Source: an uncultured Desulfobacteraceae bacterium
GTDB taxonomy: Bacteria > Desulfobacterota > Desulfobacteria > Desulfobacterales > JALSRD01
Length of the DNA stretch: 64,000 nucleotides
Direction of reading: 5' to 3'
Assembly: GCA_964476595.1 (NCBI GenBank)
Contig: CAYZCL010000053.1
Location: 40,690 to 104,689 of the forward strand
In this document: piece after piece, positions 48,832 through 58,136 of the stretch
How positions within the stretch are numbered: the stretch's first letter is position 1
Layout of the letters: every line of letters starts with the position of its first letter
Position numbers and translations under genes: made by a program
The notes under the pieces: model-generated
Seen by the model: only the letters and a program-made list of their open reading frames with translations
Told to the model about the DNA's origin: nothing
The model's database searches: none

Positions 48832-50361
48832 TCAATCGAAAACCCCGGCGGCGGCCGGATCCGGGGTGGCCCGCACGGTGACCTTCCCGCTCCCGTCGAG
48901 CACCAGCAGGTGCGATATGCACGCCGGCAGTTCGTCGCGGTGGTGGGTGGCGTAGAGCAGGGTGGTGCCGGAGGCGGCGATGACCGCCAGCGTGTCGGCG
49001 ATGCGGCGGCGGTTGGCGGGGTCCAGGCCCTGGCAGGGTTCGTCCAGCACCAGGATGCGCGGCGATTTGACCGCCGCGCGGGCGATCAGCACCAGGCGCT
49101 GCTGGCCATAGGAGAGCTGGTCGAAGAAGCGGTCGGCCAGGTCCTGCAGTCCCAGCCGGTTCAGCCAGCGTTCGGCCAGTGCGCGCTGGCACGGGTCGGG
49201 TCGGCGGTAGAGGCCGATGCTGTCGAAAAAGCCCGAGGCCGTGACGTCCGCACAGCGAAGACATTGGCGGTAGGCGGTCTGCAGGCGGCCCGAGACCACA
49301 CCGATGTGACGGCGCAGCTCGGCCGCGGTTTCGCCGCTGCCCTTGCGGCGGCCGAAGATGGTGATGTTGTTGGCGTAAGCCTGGGGGTGGTCTTGGCTCA
49401 CCAGGGACAGCAGGGTGGTTTTCCCGCTGCCGTTGGGCCCCACAACAGCCCAGTGTTCGCCCGGGCGCACCTGCCAGTCGACGGCGTCCAGGACCACGTG
49501 CCGGCCATAGGCTACCGTGACGGATCGCATGTCCACCAGCGGGAGCGCCCTGTGCGGGGCGGCCGCTGCGGAGGACGCCCGGAGCTGAACGGGGGCGGGG
49601 TCTGCGTAAAGCTCCCGCAGTCGCCGGGGGGTCAGCACACTCCGGCGGGGACCCTGAAACGCCACGCGGCCCTCCCGAAGGGCGATCACGTGGGTGATGC
49701 CGCGGTTTACGGCTTCGAAGCGGTGGGTGACCAGCACCAGCTGCCGGCCAAGGCCGATCCGGTTGTCCAGAATCTGTGACAGATTGCGCGAGGCGTTCTC
49801 GTCCAGGCCCTCGAAGGGTTCGTCCAGCACCAGCACGGCCGGGTCGGCGGCCAGGGCACGGGCGATGAGCACCTGTCGCATCTCGCCGCTGGAAAGCGCC
49901 GTGATGTCCCGCCGCAGCAGGTGCGCGATGCCCAGCGCCGCCGCGGCGGGACGAACGGCCCGGGCATCGCGCAGCCCCTCGCCGATGACCGCTGCGGCGG
50001 TGGTTATCCGGAAGGGGTGCCCGCTGAAACTGCGGGCCTCGGCGTGCAGGGCCTCTCGGGCCATCAGGCGGCCCTGCAGTTCGAAGGAAACGTAGCCGAT
50101 GCGCCGGGCATCGGCAAACGGCCCCCGGCGGTGCACACGGCCGGCGACCACCGGTGTCCTGCCGCACAGCACCCCCACCAGGGTGGACTTGCCCGAACCG
50201 TTGGGGCCGACGACGGCCCACTGTTCCCCGGCGCGAATACGCCAGTCGGTGCCGGCCAGGATTCGCCGGTCACGGATGCGCAGCGTGGCCGCCTCCAGCG
50301 CGAACAGCGGTACTTGATCCGATTCGCACCGCGTCGATTTCCGTCCTTCGGCGATCTTCAT
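48832..50361 (-). CDS. Tandem-domain ABC ATPase without associated permease (ModF-like)
   Basis: Start at ATG 50361 (ATGA overlap). Two Walker A motifs (GPNGSGKSTL, GPNGSGKTTL), two signatures (LSSGEMRQ, LSYGQQRL) and two Walker B motifs (VLVLDEP, ILVLDEP). Confidence 0.75.
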   Translation of the reverse strand: MKIAEGRKSTRCESDQVPLFALEAATLRIRDRRILAGTDWRIRAGEQWAVVGPNGSGKSTLVGVLCGRTPVVAGRVHRRGPFADARRIGYVSFELQGRLMAREALHAEARSFSGHPFRITTAAAVIGEGLRDARAVRPAAAALGIAHLLRRDITALSSGEMRQVLIARALAADPAVLVLDEPFEGLDENASRNLSQILDNRIGLGRQLVLVTHRFEAVNRGITHVIALREGRVAFQGPRRSVLTPRRLRELYADPAPVQLRASSAAAAPHRALPLVDMRSVTVAYGRHVVLDAVDWQVRPGEHWAVVGPNGSGKTTLLSLVSQDHPQAYANNITIFGRRKGSGETAAELRRHIGVVSGRLQTAYRQCLRCADVTASGFFDSIGLYRRPDPCQRALAERWLNRLGLQDLADRFFDQLSYGQQRLVLIARAAVKSPRILVLDEPCQGLDPANRRRIADTLAVIAASGTTLLYATHHRDELPACISHLLVLDGSGKVTVRATPDPAAAGVFD

Positions 50362-51281
50362 CTCGAAAGGTCGTTGTCGATTTCCGACTGCAGTTTCCGC
50401 TGGTTTGCGAACTCGCGGTGTTTGTCGATGAGATAGTCCGTGCGGTCCACCTCGTGAAGCTGCACGGCGTAGCGCTGGGTAAGGTCGAACCACTCCCGGA
50501 TACGCCGGGACCGCGCTTGCGGACCGTCCTGGCCCAGGGTGTCCATGTAGACCACCAGTGCCAGGAAATAGCGCATGGCGTTGCGCTCGACGATGCCGCG
50601 CACGCCGCCGACGTAATCGTCCCCGGCGGCGCCTTCCGCCGGATGGCTGAAACCCACCTTGTTGCGGCCCAGGGTCGCGAGGTAGGCGCGTGTGGCCATG
50701 CGGCTGGCCAGGCTCTGGCGGTAGGACAGCGAAAAGTGCAGCAGCACGTCTTTTTCGTTCATGCGCTCAGCCTCCAGCCGGAAGCGGTGATCCCGGGTGG
50801 AAAGTTCCCCCTTTTCGGCCGTCAGCAGCACCACCAGCCGCCGCCGGTCGCGTTCGACCACCCGGAAACGGTAGTCCATGCGCGTGGCGTCTGCCGGCGG
50901 CTGGTAGAATTTGCGGCCGGCGTAAATGCTCAGCACGGGATCCGGCGCGGTCCGCCAGGTGCAGGCCTTGACGTTGAGGTGCAGGGTCACGAACCGGCAC
51001 CAGTCGCGGGGACGACTCAGGGCCTGCGCGAGGTCCACCAGGCGGTAATGCACGATGCTGTACACGTCGGCCCTCAGCCGTTTCTTGTCGACCTCCGAGT
51101 GGACGTAGACCGGTTGGCCGGGCAGCAGCGGCAGCCGTCCGTCGTGCATGGCGCGGTAAATCCCGGCCAGTCCCGGGTCCGGCGGTGCGGCGGTGTCGTT
51201 CGCCGAGGCCGGGCTGCTCAGCGATGCCGCGGCCACCAGCGCCAGCATGAACAGGCAGGTGAGGAGGCGTCCGGCTTTCAT
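50358..51281 (-). CDS. Exported hypothetical protein
   Basis: Signal peptide MKAGRLLTCLFMLALVAAASLSSPASA. 307 aa. No motif recognised by eye. 4-nt overlaps with both neighbours. Confidence 0.55.
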   Translation of the reverse strand: MKAGRLLTCLFMLALVAAASLSSPASANDTAAPPDPGLAGIYRAMHDGRLPLLPGQPVYVHSEVDKKRLRADVYSIVHYRLVDLAQALSRPRDWCRFVTLHLNVKACTWRTAPDPVLSIYAGRKFYQPPADATRMDYRFRVVERDRRRLVVLLTAEKGELSTRDHRFRLEAERMNEKDVLLHFSLSYRQSLASRMATRAYLATLGRNKVGFSHPAEGAAGDDYVGGVRGIVERNAMRYFLALVVYMDTLGQDGPQARSRRIREWFDLTQRYAVQLHEVDRTDYLIDKHREFANQRKLQSEIDNDLSR

Positions 51282-51955
51282 GCGGGCGGCAGGAGCGATC
51301 GAATTCGTGCGGCGTCCAGTTCCCGCAGGCTGTCCACGACCAGGTCGGCCGCCGCCAACTGCCGGCGGGGGGCGGTGCCGGTGACGGCCACCACGGCGCA
51401 GCCGGCCGCCTTGCCGGCTTCCACGCCCACCGGCGCGTCTTCCACCACCACGCAGCGTTCGGGCGGCAGCGAGATTTTGCCGGCCGCCTTGAGAAAGACC
51501 TCGGGGTGCGGTTTGCCGTGGCGGATTTCGCCGCCGTCGGTGGTGGCCTCGAAGAGGCCGCCGGCCGGCAGGCGGGACAGCACGGCGCGCACGTTCTCCA
51601 GCGGGCCCGAGGACCCGATGGCCAGGCGTGCACCGGCCGCGTGCAGCGCCCGCACCAAGTCCGATGCGCCCGCCTTTTCCGGGAAACGGCGCGTGATGAC
51701 CTGTCGGAAAATAGCTTCTTTCTCGTCACCCAGGGCCACGTAGCGGTCTTTTTCCAGCGAGGGGAAAAGGCCGGCGAAAATGTCCGCGTTGGTCTGTCCG
51801 AAAGTGGCGGCGAACTGCTCCTCGCTGATGTCCAGGCCGTGATTGCGCAGCATGCGCCGCCAGGCCTCGAAGTGTGCCTCGTAGCTGTCGATGAGCACGC
51901 CGTCCATATCGAAGATGACTCCCCAGGGGGAGCCGGAATCACTGGTTTGCGCCAT
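51278..51955 (-). CDS. HAD-superfamily hydrolase (beta-phosphoglucomutase-like, subfamily IA)
   Basis: VIFDMDGVLIDS motif I, GSSG motif II region, and GKPHPEVF...VVVEDAPVGVEAG motifs III/IV. Confidence 0.8.
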   Translation of the reverse strand: MAQTSDSGSPWGVIFDMDGVLIDSYEAHFEAWRRMLRNHGLDISEEQFAATFGQTNADIFAGLFPSLEKDRYVALGDEKEAIFRQVITRRFPEKAGASDLVRALHAAGARLAIGSSGPLENVRAVLSRLPAGGLFEATTDGGEIRHGKPHPEVFLKAAGKISLPPERCVVVEDAPVGVEAGKAAGCAVVAVTGTAPRRQLAAADLVVDSLRELDAARIRSLLPPA

Positions 51956-53822
51956 GTTCGGTCTCGATTCGGTTGGTGTTTTCCGGCTGCGCCGGCAGAT
52001 GCCGGCCGGCGCCTGCGTCGTCGTCGGGTCGGTCCGTTCTGCGGCCGACGGCGCCCGCCAGGGGCAGCACCTGGTCGAGCAGCACGGCCACCTGGTCCTC
52101 CAGCGGCGCGGCGGCCGCCGGGGAGAGGCCGGCCAGCTGCCGGCGGGCGGTTTCGAGGGTTTTTTTCAACACCCGCTCGGGGCGCGCCAACAGGCGCAGG
52201 GCGCCCTGGAGCAGGAAGAAACTCAAGAAGAGGATCACCCCGGCGGCCACGGCCGCGTGCAGGAAGAACCCGCTGTCGAGGTAGTGGCCGCCGAAAAAAC
52301 CGCTGACCGTCAGCCAGCCGGTGTAGGCCAGCACGGCCAGTACCGGCAGATTGAAGAGCAGTTGTACCGGCCCGCTGCTCATGGCGCGTGCCGCGCGCTC
52401 CGTCTCGGCCGCCAGGGCCGTGTCCCAGGTGAGGGCCAGGTCGCGGCCCACGCTTTCCCCCTGCCGCACCAGCGTGCCGGTCCGGCGTACGGCCGGGTCG
52501 AATCCCGCCGCCACTAGGTCTTCGGCCACCGCCGGCCAGTCTTTCAGCAGGGTCAGGCGGTAGCGCTCGAAGGCCGGTTCGGCGCCGGCGGTTTCCGGCA
52601 GGGCCGGCTCCCCGTCGGAGGACGGCCGCAACATGCGGCCCACCAGCCGGCCGGGTCGCAGCATCTGGCCGAGCCCGCCGCCGAAGTGGAGCAACCGCGA
52701 CCAGCCCGCCACCAGCCATCCCACCGGCCCCGACCAGCGCTGGGAGAGCTGCCGGTAGAGCAGTGCGCTGGTGCCCGCCGGGAGGCCGGACTGGCGCGAG
52801 GCCAGCACTTCCAGGGCATCCGAAAAGGCCCGGCGGTGCACCGCCTCGATGTCGCGGCGGGCTTTTTCCAGCTGCGGACCCACGGCGATGACCGCTTCTC
52901 GCGCCTGCCGCCACACGTAGTCGCGCAACGCCTCGGCGTTTCGTACGCGGCGGTCGGCAGCGAATCCGGGCCGGTTGTAGGCCCCGAAGACCAGGTCGCG
53001 CAGCGTCTCGAACTGGTCGAATCCATGCCGCGGACGCGCCTGGGGGGCCCAGGCCGGTCGTCGCAGGTGGCTGCGCGCCGACAGGCACAGCACCTGTTCC
53101 ACGGTCCGCGGCCAGGCATCGGCCAGGTACTGCTCAAATTCGGGCAGGATCACTTCCCGCAGCTCGTTTTCGTCCAGTCGGTCGCAGCGGTTGAGCACCG
53201 CCACCAGGGACTGGCCGTCGAACAGCGCCACGAAAGGCGCCAGCACGTCGGCGTGATCGCGGGTCTTGGGGTTTTCGGCGTTGAAAACGCAGATCAGGAT
53301 GTCCGACAGCCCGATGGCCTCCTGCAGCAGGGCCAGGTGACGCTGCTGCTCGGTGGAATCCGTGTCCGGGGTGTCGATGAGAATCACGTGTTCCAGCGCG
53401 GCCGCCGCCGGGCTGGAGCGCAGCGTCACTTCCTGCCCGCCCAGGCGCCGGCGCAGCTGGCCGGCGTCGTCCGGATCCCGGCTGAGCACCACCAGGTTCC
53501 GGGTGGTGGGCCGCTCGGTGCCGGTCGCCGAGAGCTCGTCCACCCCGGCCAGGGCGTTGAGCAGTGTCGACTTTCCCGACCCGCAGGGACCGATGAGCGT
53601 CACCACCAGCTTGTAGTCCAGCCGTTCGGCCAGGGCGTCGATGATCTCCAGGGCGCGGCTGCACTGCTGCTGCAGGCCGGCCGCCGGGCGCCACAGGGGC
53701 ACCCTGGCCAGCGCCTCCCTCAGCTGGTGCACGTCGCGGCGCACCGTCTGGATGCGTCCGGCGGCCTCCAGGGCCATGGCCTGGCGCTCGGGAATCAGTT
53801 GGTTTTCAGGGCGCTGCGGCAT
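51939..53822 (-). CDS. Dynamin-like / large P-loop GTPase with C-terminal membrane hairpin (second of a tandem pair)
   Basis: Start set at ATG 53822 (GGAAGAG RBS); 53777 is an alternative. G1 GPCGSGKST, G3 LIDTPDTD, G4 NRCD. Long helical region. Hydrophobic helices LFNLPVLAVLAYTGWLTVSGFF and AAVAAGVILFLSFFLL. Confidence 0.65.
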   Translation of the reverse strand: MPQRPENQLIPERQAMALEAAGRIQTVRRDVHQLREALARVPLWRPAAGLQQQCSRALEIIDALAERLDYKLVVTLIGPCGSGKSTLLNALAGVDELSATGTERPTTRNLVVLSRDPDDAGQLRRRLGGQEVTLRSSPAAAALEHVILIDTPDTDSTEQQRHLALLQEAIGLSDILICVFNAENPKTRDHADVLAPFVALFDGQSLVAVLNRCDRLDENELREVILPEFEQYLADAWPRTVEQVLCLSARSHLRRPAWAPQARPRHGFDQFETLRDLVFGAYNRPGFAADRRVRNAEALRDYVWRQAREAVIAVGPQLEKARRDIEAVHRRAFSDALEVLASRQSGLPAGTSALLYRQLSQRWSGPVGWLVAGWSRLLHFGGGLGQMLRPGRLVGRMLRPSSDGEPALPETAGAEPAFERYRLTLLKDWPAVAEDLVAAGFDPAVRRTGTLVRQGESVGRDLALTWDTALAAETERAARAMSSGPVQLLFNLPVLAVLAYTGWLTVSGFFGGHYLDSGFFLHAAVAAGVILFLSFFLLQGALRLLARPERVLKKTLETARRQLAGLSPAAAAPLEDQVAVLLDQVLPLAGAVGRRTDRPDDDAGAGRHLPAQPENTNRIETEHGANQ

Positions 53823-55783
53823 TGCGAGAGTTTCTCTTCCAGTTGGGTGATCAGTCGACGGGAGACTTGCATGTCCTCCCCCGCACGGGCCAGCAGTGGT
53901 GCGCTGATTTCCTCCTCCAGCATGCGGCGCACCAGGGCGGCCTTGTCGTCCAGCCACACGCGCGCCACCGGGGCCAGCAGGCGTTCCAGTTGCGCCCGGT
54001 CGGCCTTGTTGAGGCCCGAAGTGGCCGGCAGCGCCACCAGGGCGTAGAGGTCGTGCAGCCCGAAGAGGCTGCCCAGCTTGATCTTGATGCCCGCCGCGCC
54101 CACCGGATCTCCGGTGGAGAGGATGTAGGTCACGGCGGCCGTGGCCGGCAGGACGTTCAGAAAGGCGGCAAAGGTCTGGGTGAGCCGGTCCCGCCAGCTC
54201 ATCTGCGCCCGCAGCCGATCGGCCAGCTGCGCCAGCTCGGCGTCGATGTGGTCGGAGAAATCCACCACACCCCGGCTGCGCGCCACCAAGGCTTCGGACA
54301 AAGACGCCCAGCTGTGCCGCCGCACCTGCCGGCGCACCGTCTCCAGTGCCGGCGGGGCCTCGGCGGTCAGCATGCGCCGGCGGTCGCCGTCGGGCGCGGA
54401 CAGGCGCGGCACGCCGTCGCCGTGGATGCCGCGCGCGGCCCGGATGCGCGCCACGGTTTCCGCCGTCTTCGCGGCGGCCGGGTCGGCGGCCGCGAGGCCC
54501 ACCTCGATGCGCGGCGCCAGGATCTGCTCGTAGAGCCGGTTGGCGGCCTCCAGCAGGTCGGCCTGGATCTGTCGACGCACGTCTTCGGAGATTTCACCGC
54601 CGGCAGGGTCCGGCTTGCGCGGTTCGTCTCCCTTGATCAGCCGCGACACCAGCCGCACCGGGAGGGCGAGGATATCGCCGGTTTTGCGCATGGCGCGGAT
54701 GTGGGTCGGGTCGCCCCGGTACCAGATGCGCGCGAACCGGCGCATGACCGTGTCCAGCGGGAAGTGGCGCAGCGCGGTCTGCAGGCACTCGGCTTCCACG
54801 GCCTGCAGGGCCTGGGAGTAGAGCGCCAGCTCGTCCAGGCACACGCCGGCCTCGGCGGTGATGCGGTCCGCGATGGACACCACGTCCGCCAGCACCGAGG
54901 AAAACAGCGACAAGCGGATGGGAATGGGGTCCATGCCGGTGAGGGCTTCGCCCAGCGGCGGCCCGTCGGGCTCCAGGGGTCTCAGGGACATGGGCTTGCG
55001 CCCGGCGGCGACCTCGTTGTCCTCGTCGGCCCGGTAGATGCCCAGCAGGAATTCTTCCGCGCGGGCGCCGTAGATGTTGTGTGCCACGGTCATGGCGTGC
55101 CGACGCACCTCCGGGTCATCGAAGCTGGGATAGGCGCGGTAGACGAGGTATGCCCGGCGCTGCCCTACGCCGGTGAGCATCTCGGCCACGAAATCGGTGT
55201 TGTCGCGATTGGCGTAGTTGGAGTTGGTGAAGATGTACAACATCAGGTCGGCCAGCTCCAGGGCCTGGCGCGCGGCCTCGCGGTTGGCGTAGACCCCCTT
55301 GGCGCCGGTGTCGAAGTCGGGCGTGTCCAGCAGCAGCAGGTGCGGCGGCAGGGTGTCGCTGAGCACGTAGAGCGGGTCCCCCGGGCGAGTCAGTTCGGCG
55401 GGTTCTTTCAGTTGCCGGGGGTGCCAGCCGAAGGGTTCGAAAAGGGACGAGAGCGCCTCGGAGGAGCCGAACCGCCTGCGGGATGCGGCGATGAGTACCC
55501 GCCGGTTCATGCCCGCCCGCCCGCCGGCCGGGGACACGGCATGGCCGGCAAGGGTGTTGAAGAGCGTCGACTTGCCCGCCGATCCGCCGCCGCAGATGAC
55601 GGCCACCAGGGGCGCGTCGGGCGCGAAACGGGCCAGCAGTCGGCTGTTGACCACCGTGCGCCACCGCGCCAGCCGGTCCCGGCCGCAGCCGCCGAGTTGC
55701 TCCGAAAGCCGCACCAGCAGCCCCTCCATGTCCTGCAGGACGCCTTTCAGGTCCGGCAGCCGCTTGTGTAAGTCCGGGGTCAC
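53795..55783 (-). CDS. Dynamin-like / large P-loop GTPase (first of a tandem pair)
   Basis: G1 GGGSAGKST, G3 LLDTPDFD, no clear NKxD motif. Long helical C-terminal half with hydrophobic segments FAAFLNVLPATAAVTYIL and LGSLFGLHDLYALVALPA. Start uncertain: GTG 55783, ATG 55729, or the ORF-track 55969, which extends into an AT-rich, probably noncoding stretch. Confidence 0.6.
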   Translation of the reverse strand: MTPDLHKRLPDLKGVLQDMEGLLVRLSEQLGGCGRDRLARWRTVVNSRLLARFAPDAPLVAVICGGGSAGKSTLFNTLAGHAVSPAGGRAGMNRRVLIAASRRRFGSSEALSSLFEPFGWHPRQLKEPAELTRPGDPLYVLSDTLPPHLLLLDTPDFDTGAKGVYANREAARQALELADLMLYIFTNSNYANRDNTDFVAEMLTGVGQRRAYLVYRAYPSFDDPEVRRHAMTVAHNIYGARAEEFLLGIYRADEDNEVAAGRKPMSLRPLEPDGPPLGEALTGMDPIPIRLSLFSSVLADVVSIADRITAEAGVCLDELALYSQALQAVEAECLQTALRHFPLDTVMRRFARIWYRGDPTHIRAMRKTGDILALPVRLVSRLIKGDEPRKPDPAGGEISEDVRRQIQADLLEAANRLYEQILAPRIEVGLAAADPAAAKTAETVARIRAARGIHGDGVPRLSAPDGDRRRMLTAEAPPALETVRRQVRRHSWASLSEALVARSRGVVDFSDHIDAELAQLADRLRAQMSWRDRLTQTFAAFLNVLPATAAVTYILSTGDPVGAAGIKIKLGSLFGLHDLYALVALPATSGLNKADRAQLERLLAPVARVWLDDKAALVRRMLEEEISAPLLARAGEDMQVSRRLITQLEEKLSQCRSALKTN

Positions 55784-56138
55784 TTTATATTCCGTATGAA
55801 AACAGTCCGGTTGATGGGTTGAACCAAACACAAGAATACCATAATCATCAAATGGCATAAATCCATGGGATTGGCGCCCGAAATCGCACCGATGGATCTT
55901 TTCGGCGGGCAAAAAAGAGCGGGTTCGGTGTCCGGCAAGGCCTGGATGAAGCTTGATATATACCGCCACGCGGCTTCATCTAGTTATAATCTTTTACCTT
56001 ACCGAGGGGGCCGGGCAGCGAATCGACGTCGGGCGCAGGATTTGAGCCGCGAAGTCGCCGGGAGCGCCGGTTGTTCCACTTCGGTCGATTGGCGCGGCGG
56101 CCGGCCACAGCGGCGTTTCGACCGGCCCCGTGCCCGTA

Positions 56139-56167
56139 TTGACAGCAGAGGGCAATTTGCCTATACC
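56139..56167 (+). promoter_or_regulatory. Candidate sigma-70 promoter (TTGACA-N17-TATACC)
   Basis: TTGACA at 56139..56144, a 17-nt spacer, then TATACC at 56162..56167. Lies 37 nt upstream of the aminotransferase ATG. Confidence 0.4.
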
Positions 56168-56203
56168 TTCGGCAACGCATAACCGCCATCGGACACCGGA
56201 CCC

Positions 56204-57346
56204 ATGAAACTGCAATCCAAGCTTCCCCGGGTGGGGACCACCATATTTTCGGTCATGTCGGCCCTGGCCAACGAGCAGGGGGCCATCAACCTTTCCCAGG
56301 GGTTTCCGGACTTTGAGGTGGACCCCGCGCTGATCGATCTAGTCACCCGTCACATGCGCGCCGGGCATAACCAGTACCCGCCCATGCAGGGGGTCGCCCA
56401 GGTGCGCGAACGCCTGGCGGCCAAGACCCTGGAACTGCAGGGCGCGCGCTACGATGCGGACGCCGAGATCACGGTGACCGCCGGGGGCACCGAGGCCATT
56501 TTCGCCGCCATCAGCGCCGTGGTGCACCGCGGCGACGAGGTCATCATCCTGGAACCGGCCTACGACGCCTACGGTCCCATCGTTGAACTCAACGGCGGCG
56601 TGCCGGTGTACTGCAGCCTGGTCTACCCCGAATACGCCGTGGACTGGGACGCGGTGGGCCGGGCCGTGAGCCCCCGCACCCGCATGATCGTGCTCAACTC
56701 GCCCCACAACCCCACCGGCGCGGTGCTGTCGGCCGACGACATGGCGGCCCTTGCGGACCTCACCCGCGGCACCGATATCCTGATTCTCAGCGACGAGGTC
56801 TACGAGCACATCATCTTCGACGGGCGGCGCCACGAGAGCATGTCACGCTACCCGGAACTGGCGCGGCGCAGCTTCGTGGTGGGCTCCTTCGGCAAGACCT
56901 ACCACGCAACCGGCTGGAAAACCGGCTACTGCTTGGCGCCGGCCGAACTCACGGCCGAACTGCGGCGCGTGCACCAGTACGTGGTGTTCGCCGCCAACGC
57001 CCCCATTCAGCACGCCTATGCCGATTTCATGGCCGACCCCCGCACCTATCTCGGGGTGGCGGATTTCTATCAGCGCAAGCGGGACCTTTTCCTGGATCTC
57101 ATGAAGGGCTCACGCTTCCGGGCCCTGCCCTGCCGGGGCACCTATTTCGCCATGTTCGACTACAGCGCCGTCTCCGACGAGCCCGACGTGGACTTCGCCC
57201 GCCGGCTGACGGTAGAGCACAAGGTGGCTGCCATCCCGCCCTCGGTCTTTTACGACGGCGGCGAAGACCACAAGGTGCTGCGGTTCTGTTTCGCCAAGAA
57301 CGATCAGACCTTGCGGGAGGCCGCGGAGAGACTATGCCGGATCTGA
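56204..57346 (+). CDS. Class I/II PLP-dependent aminotransferase (YbdL / glutamine transaminase K-like)
   Basis: INLSQGFPDF, NSPHNPTG, and SFGKTYHATGWKTGY (PLP lysine). Confidence 0.8.
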   Translation: MKLQSKLPRVGTTIFSVMSALANEQGAINLSQGFPDFEVDPALIDLVTRHMRAGHNQYPPMQGVAQVRERLAAKTLELQGARYDADAEITVTAGGTEAIFAAISAVVHRGDEVIILEPAYDAYGPIVELNGGVPVYCSLVYPEYAVDWDAVGRAVSPRTRMIVLNSPHNPTGAVLSADDMAALADLTRGTDILILSDEVYEHIIFDGRRHESMSRYPELARRSFVVGSFGKTYHATGWKTGYCLAPAELTAELRRVHQYVVFAANAPIQHAYADFMADPRTYLGVADFYQRKRDLFLDLMKGSRFRALPCRGTYFAMFDYSAVSDEPDVDFARRLTVEHKVAAIPPSVFYDGGEDHKVLRFCFAKNDQTLREAAERLCRI

Positions 57347-58101
57347 AAGTGACCCTCATCCAGGCCGACCTGGCCTGGGAAGACATTGAGGCCAACCTGG
57401 CCGCCTTCGAAAAGCGCATTGACGACCTGGCGGACGACACCCATCTCATCGTGTTGCCCGAGATGTTCACCACCGGTTTCAGCATGAACGCCCCGGCCCT
57501 GGCCGAGGACATGCGGGGCCGCACGGTGGCCTGGCTTCGGGACACGGCCTGCAGGAAGGGGGTGGACGTGGTGGGCGGGTCCATGATCCGGGAGGGCGAC
57601 CGCTACGTCAACCGCCTGCTATGGGCCGCGCCCGACGGCCGGCTGCAGTGGTACGACAAACGCCACCTGATCGGCATCGCCGGCGAAGACCGTGCCTACA
57701 GCCGGGGGTGGGAGAAGCTGACCGTCGAACTCCGGGGCTGGCGCATCTGCCCGTTTATCTGCTACGACCTGCGCTTTCCCGTCTGGCTGCGAAATCTGGA
57801 GCGGCCGCCCTACGACCTGTCCCTGTTCATCGCCAACTGGCCCAGTGCCCGGGCGCATCACTGGCGCACGCTGCTGCTGGCCCGTGCCATCGAGAACAAG
57901 TGCTTCGTGGTGGGCGTCAACCGCGTCGGCACCGACGGCAACGGACTCGATTACTGCGGCGACTCGGCGGTCATCGACCCGCTGGGCAACCTTCTCTTCC
58001 AGAAGAAAGACGCCCCGGCCGTGCACACTGCCAGACTGTCTTATGCCGTTCTGGAAGAATGCCGCCGAACCTTTCCCGTACTGGACGACGCCGATCGGTA
58101 G
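57334..58101 (+). CDS. Carbon-nitrogen hydrolase (omega-amidase, YafV-like)
   Basis: Catalytic E-K-C triad elements VLPEMF, YDKRHL and ICYDLRFP. 13-nt overlap with the aminotransferase gene. Confidence 0.8.
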   Translation: MPDLKVTLIQADLAWEDIEANLAAFEKRIDDLADDTHLIVLPEMFTTGFSMNAPALAEDMRGRTVAWLRDTACRKGVDVVGGSMIREGDRYVNRLLWAAPDGRLQWYDKRHLIGIAGEDRAYSRGWEKLTVELRGWRICPFICYDLRFPVWLRNLERPPYDLSLFIANWPSARAHHWRTLLLARAIENKCFVVGVNRVGTDGNGLDYCGDSAVIDPLGNLLFQKKDAPAVHTARLSYAVLEECRRTFPVLDDADR

Positions 58102-58136
58102 CTTCGGAAAGCCCGGCGGTGGGGGGCGTCGGCCGA

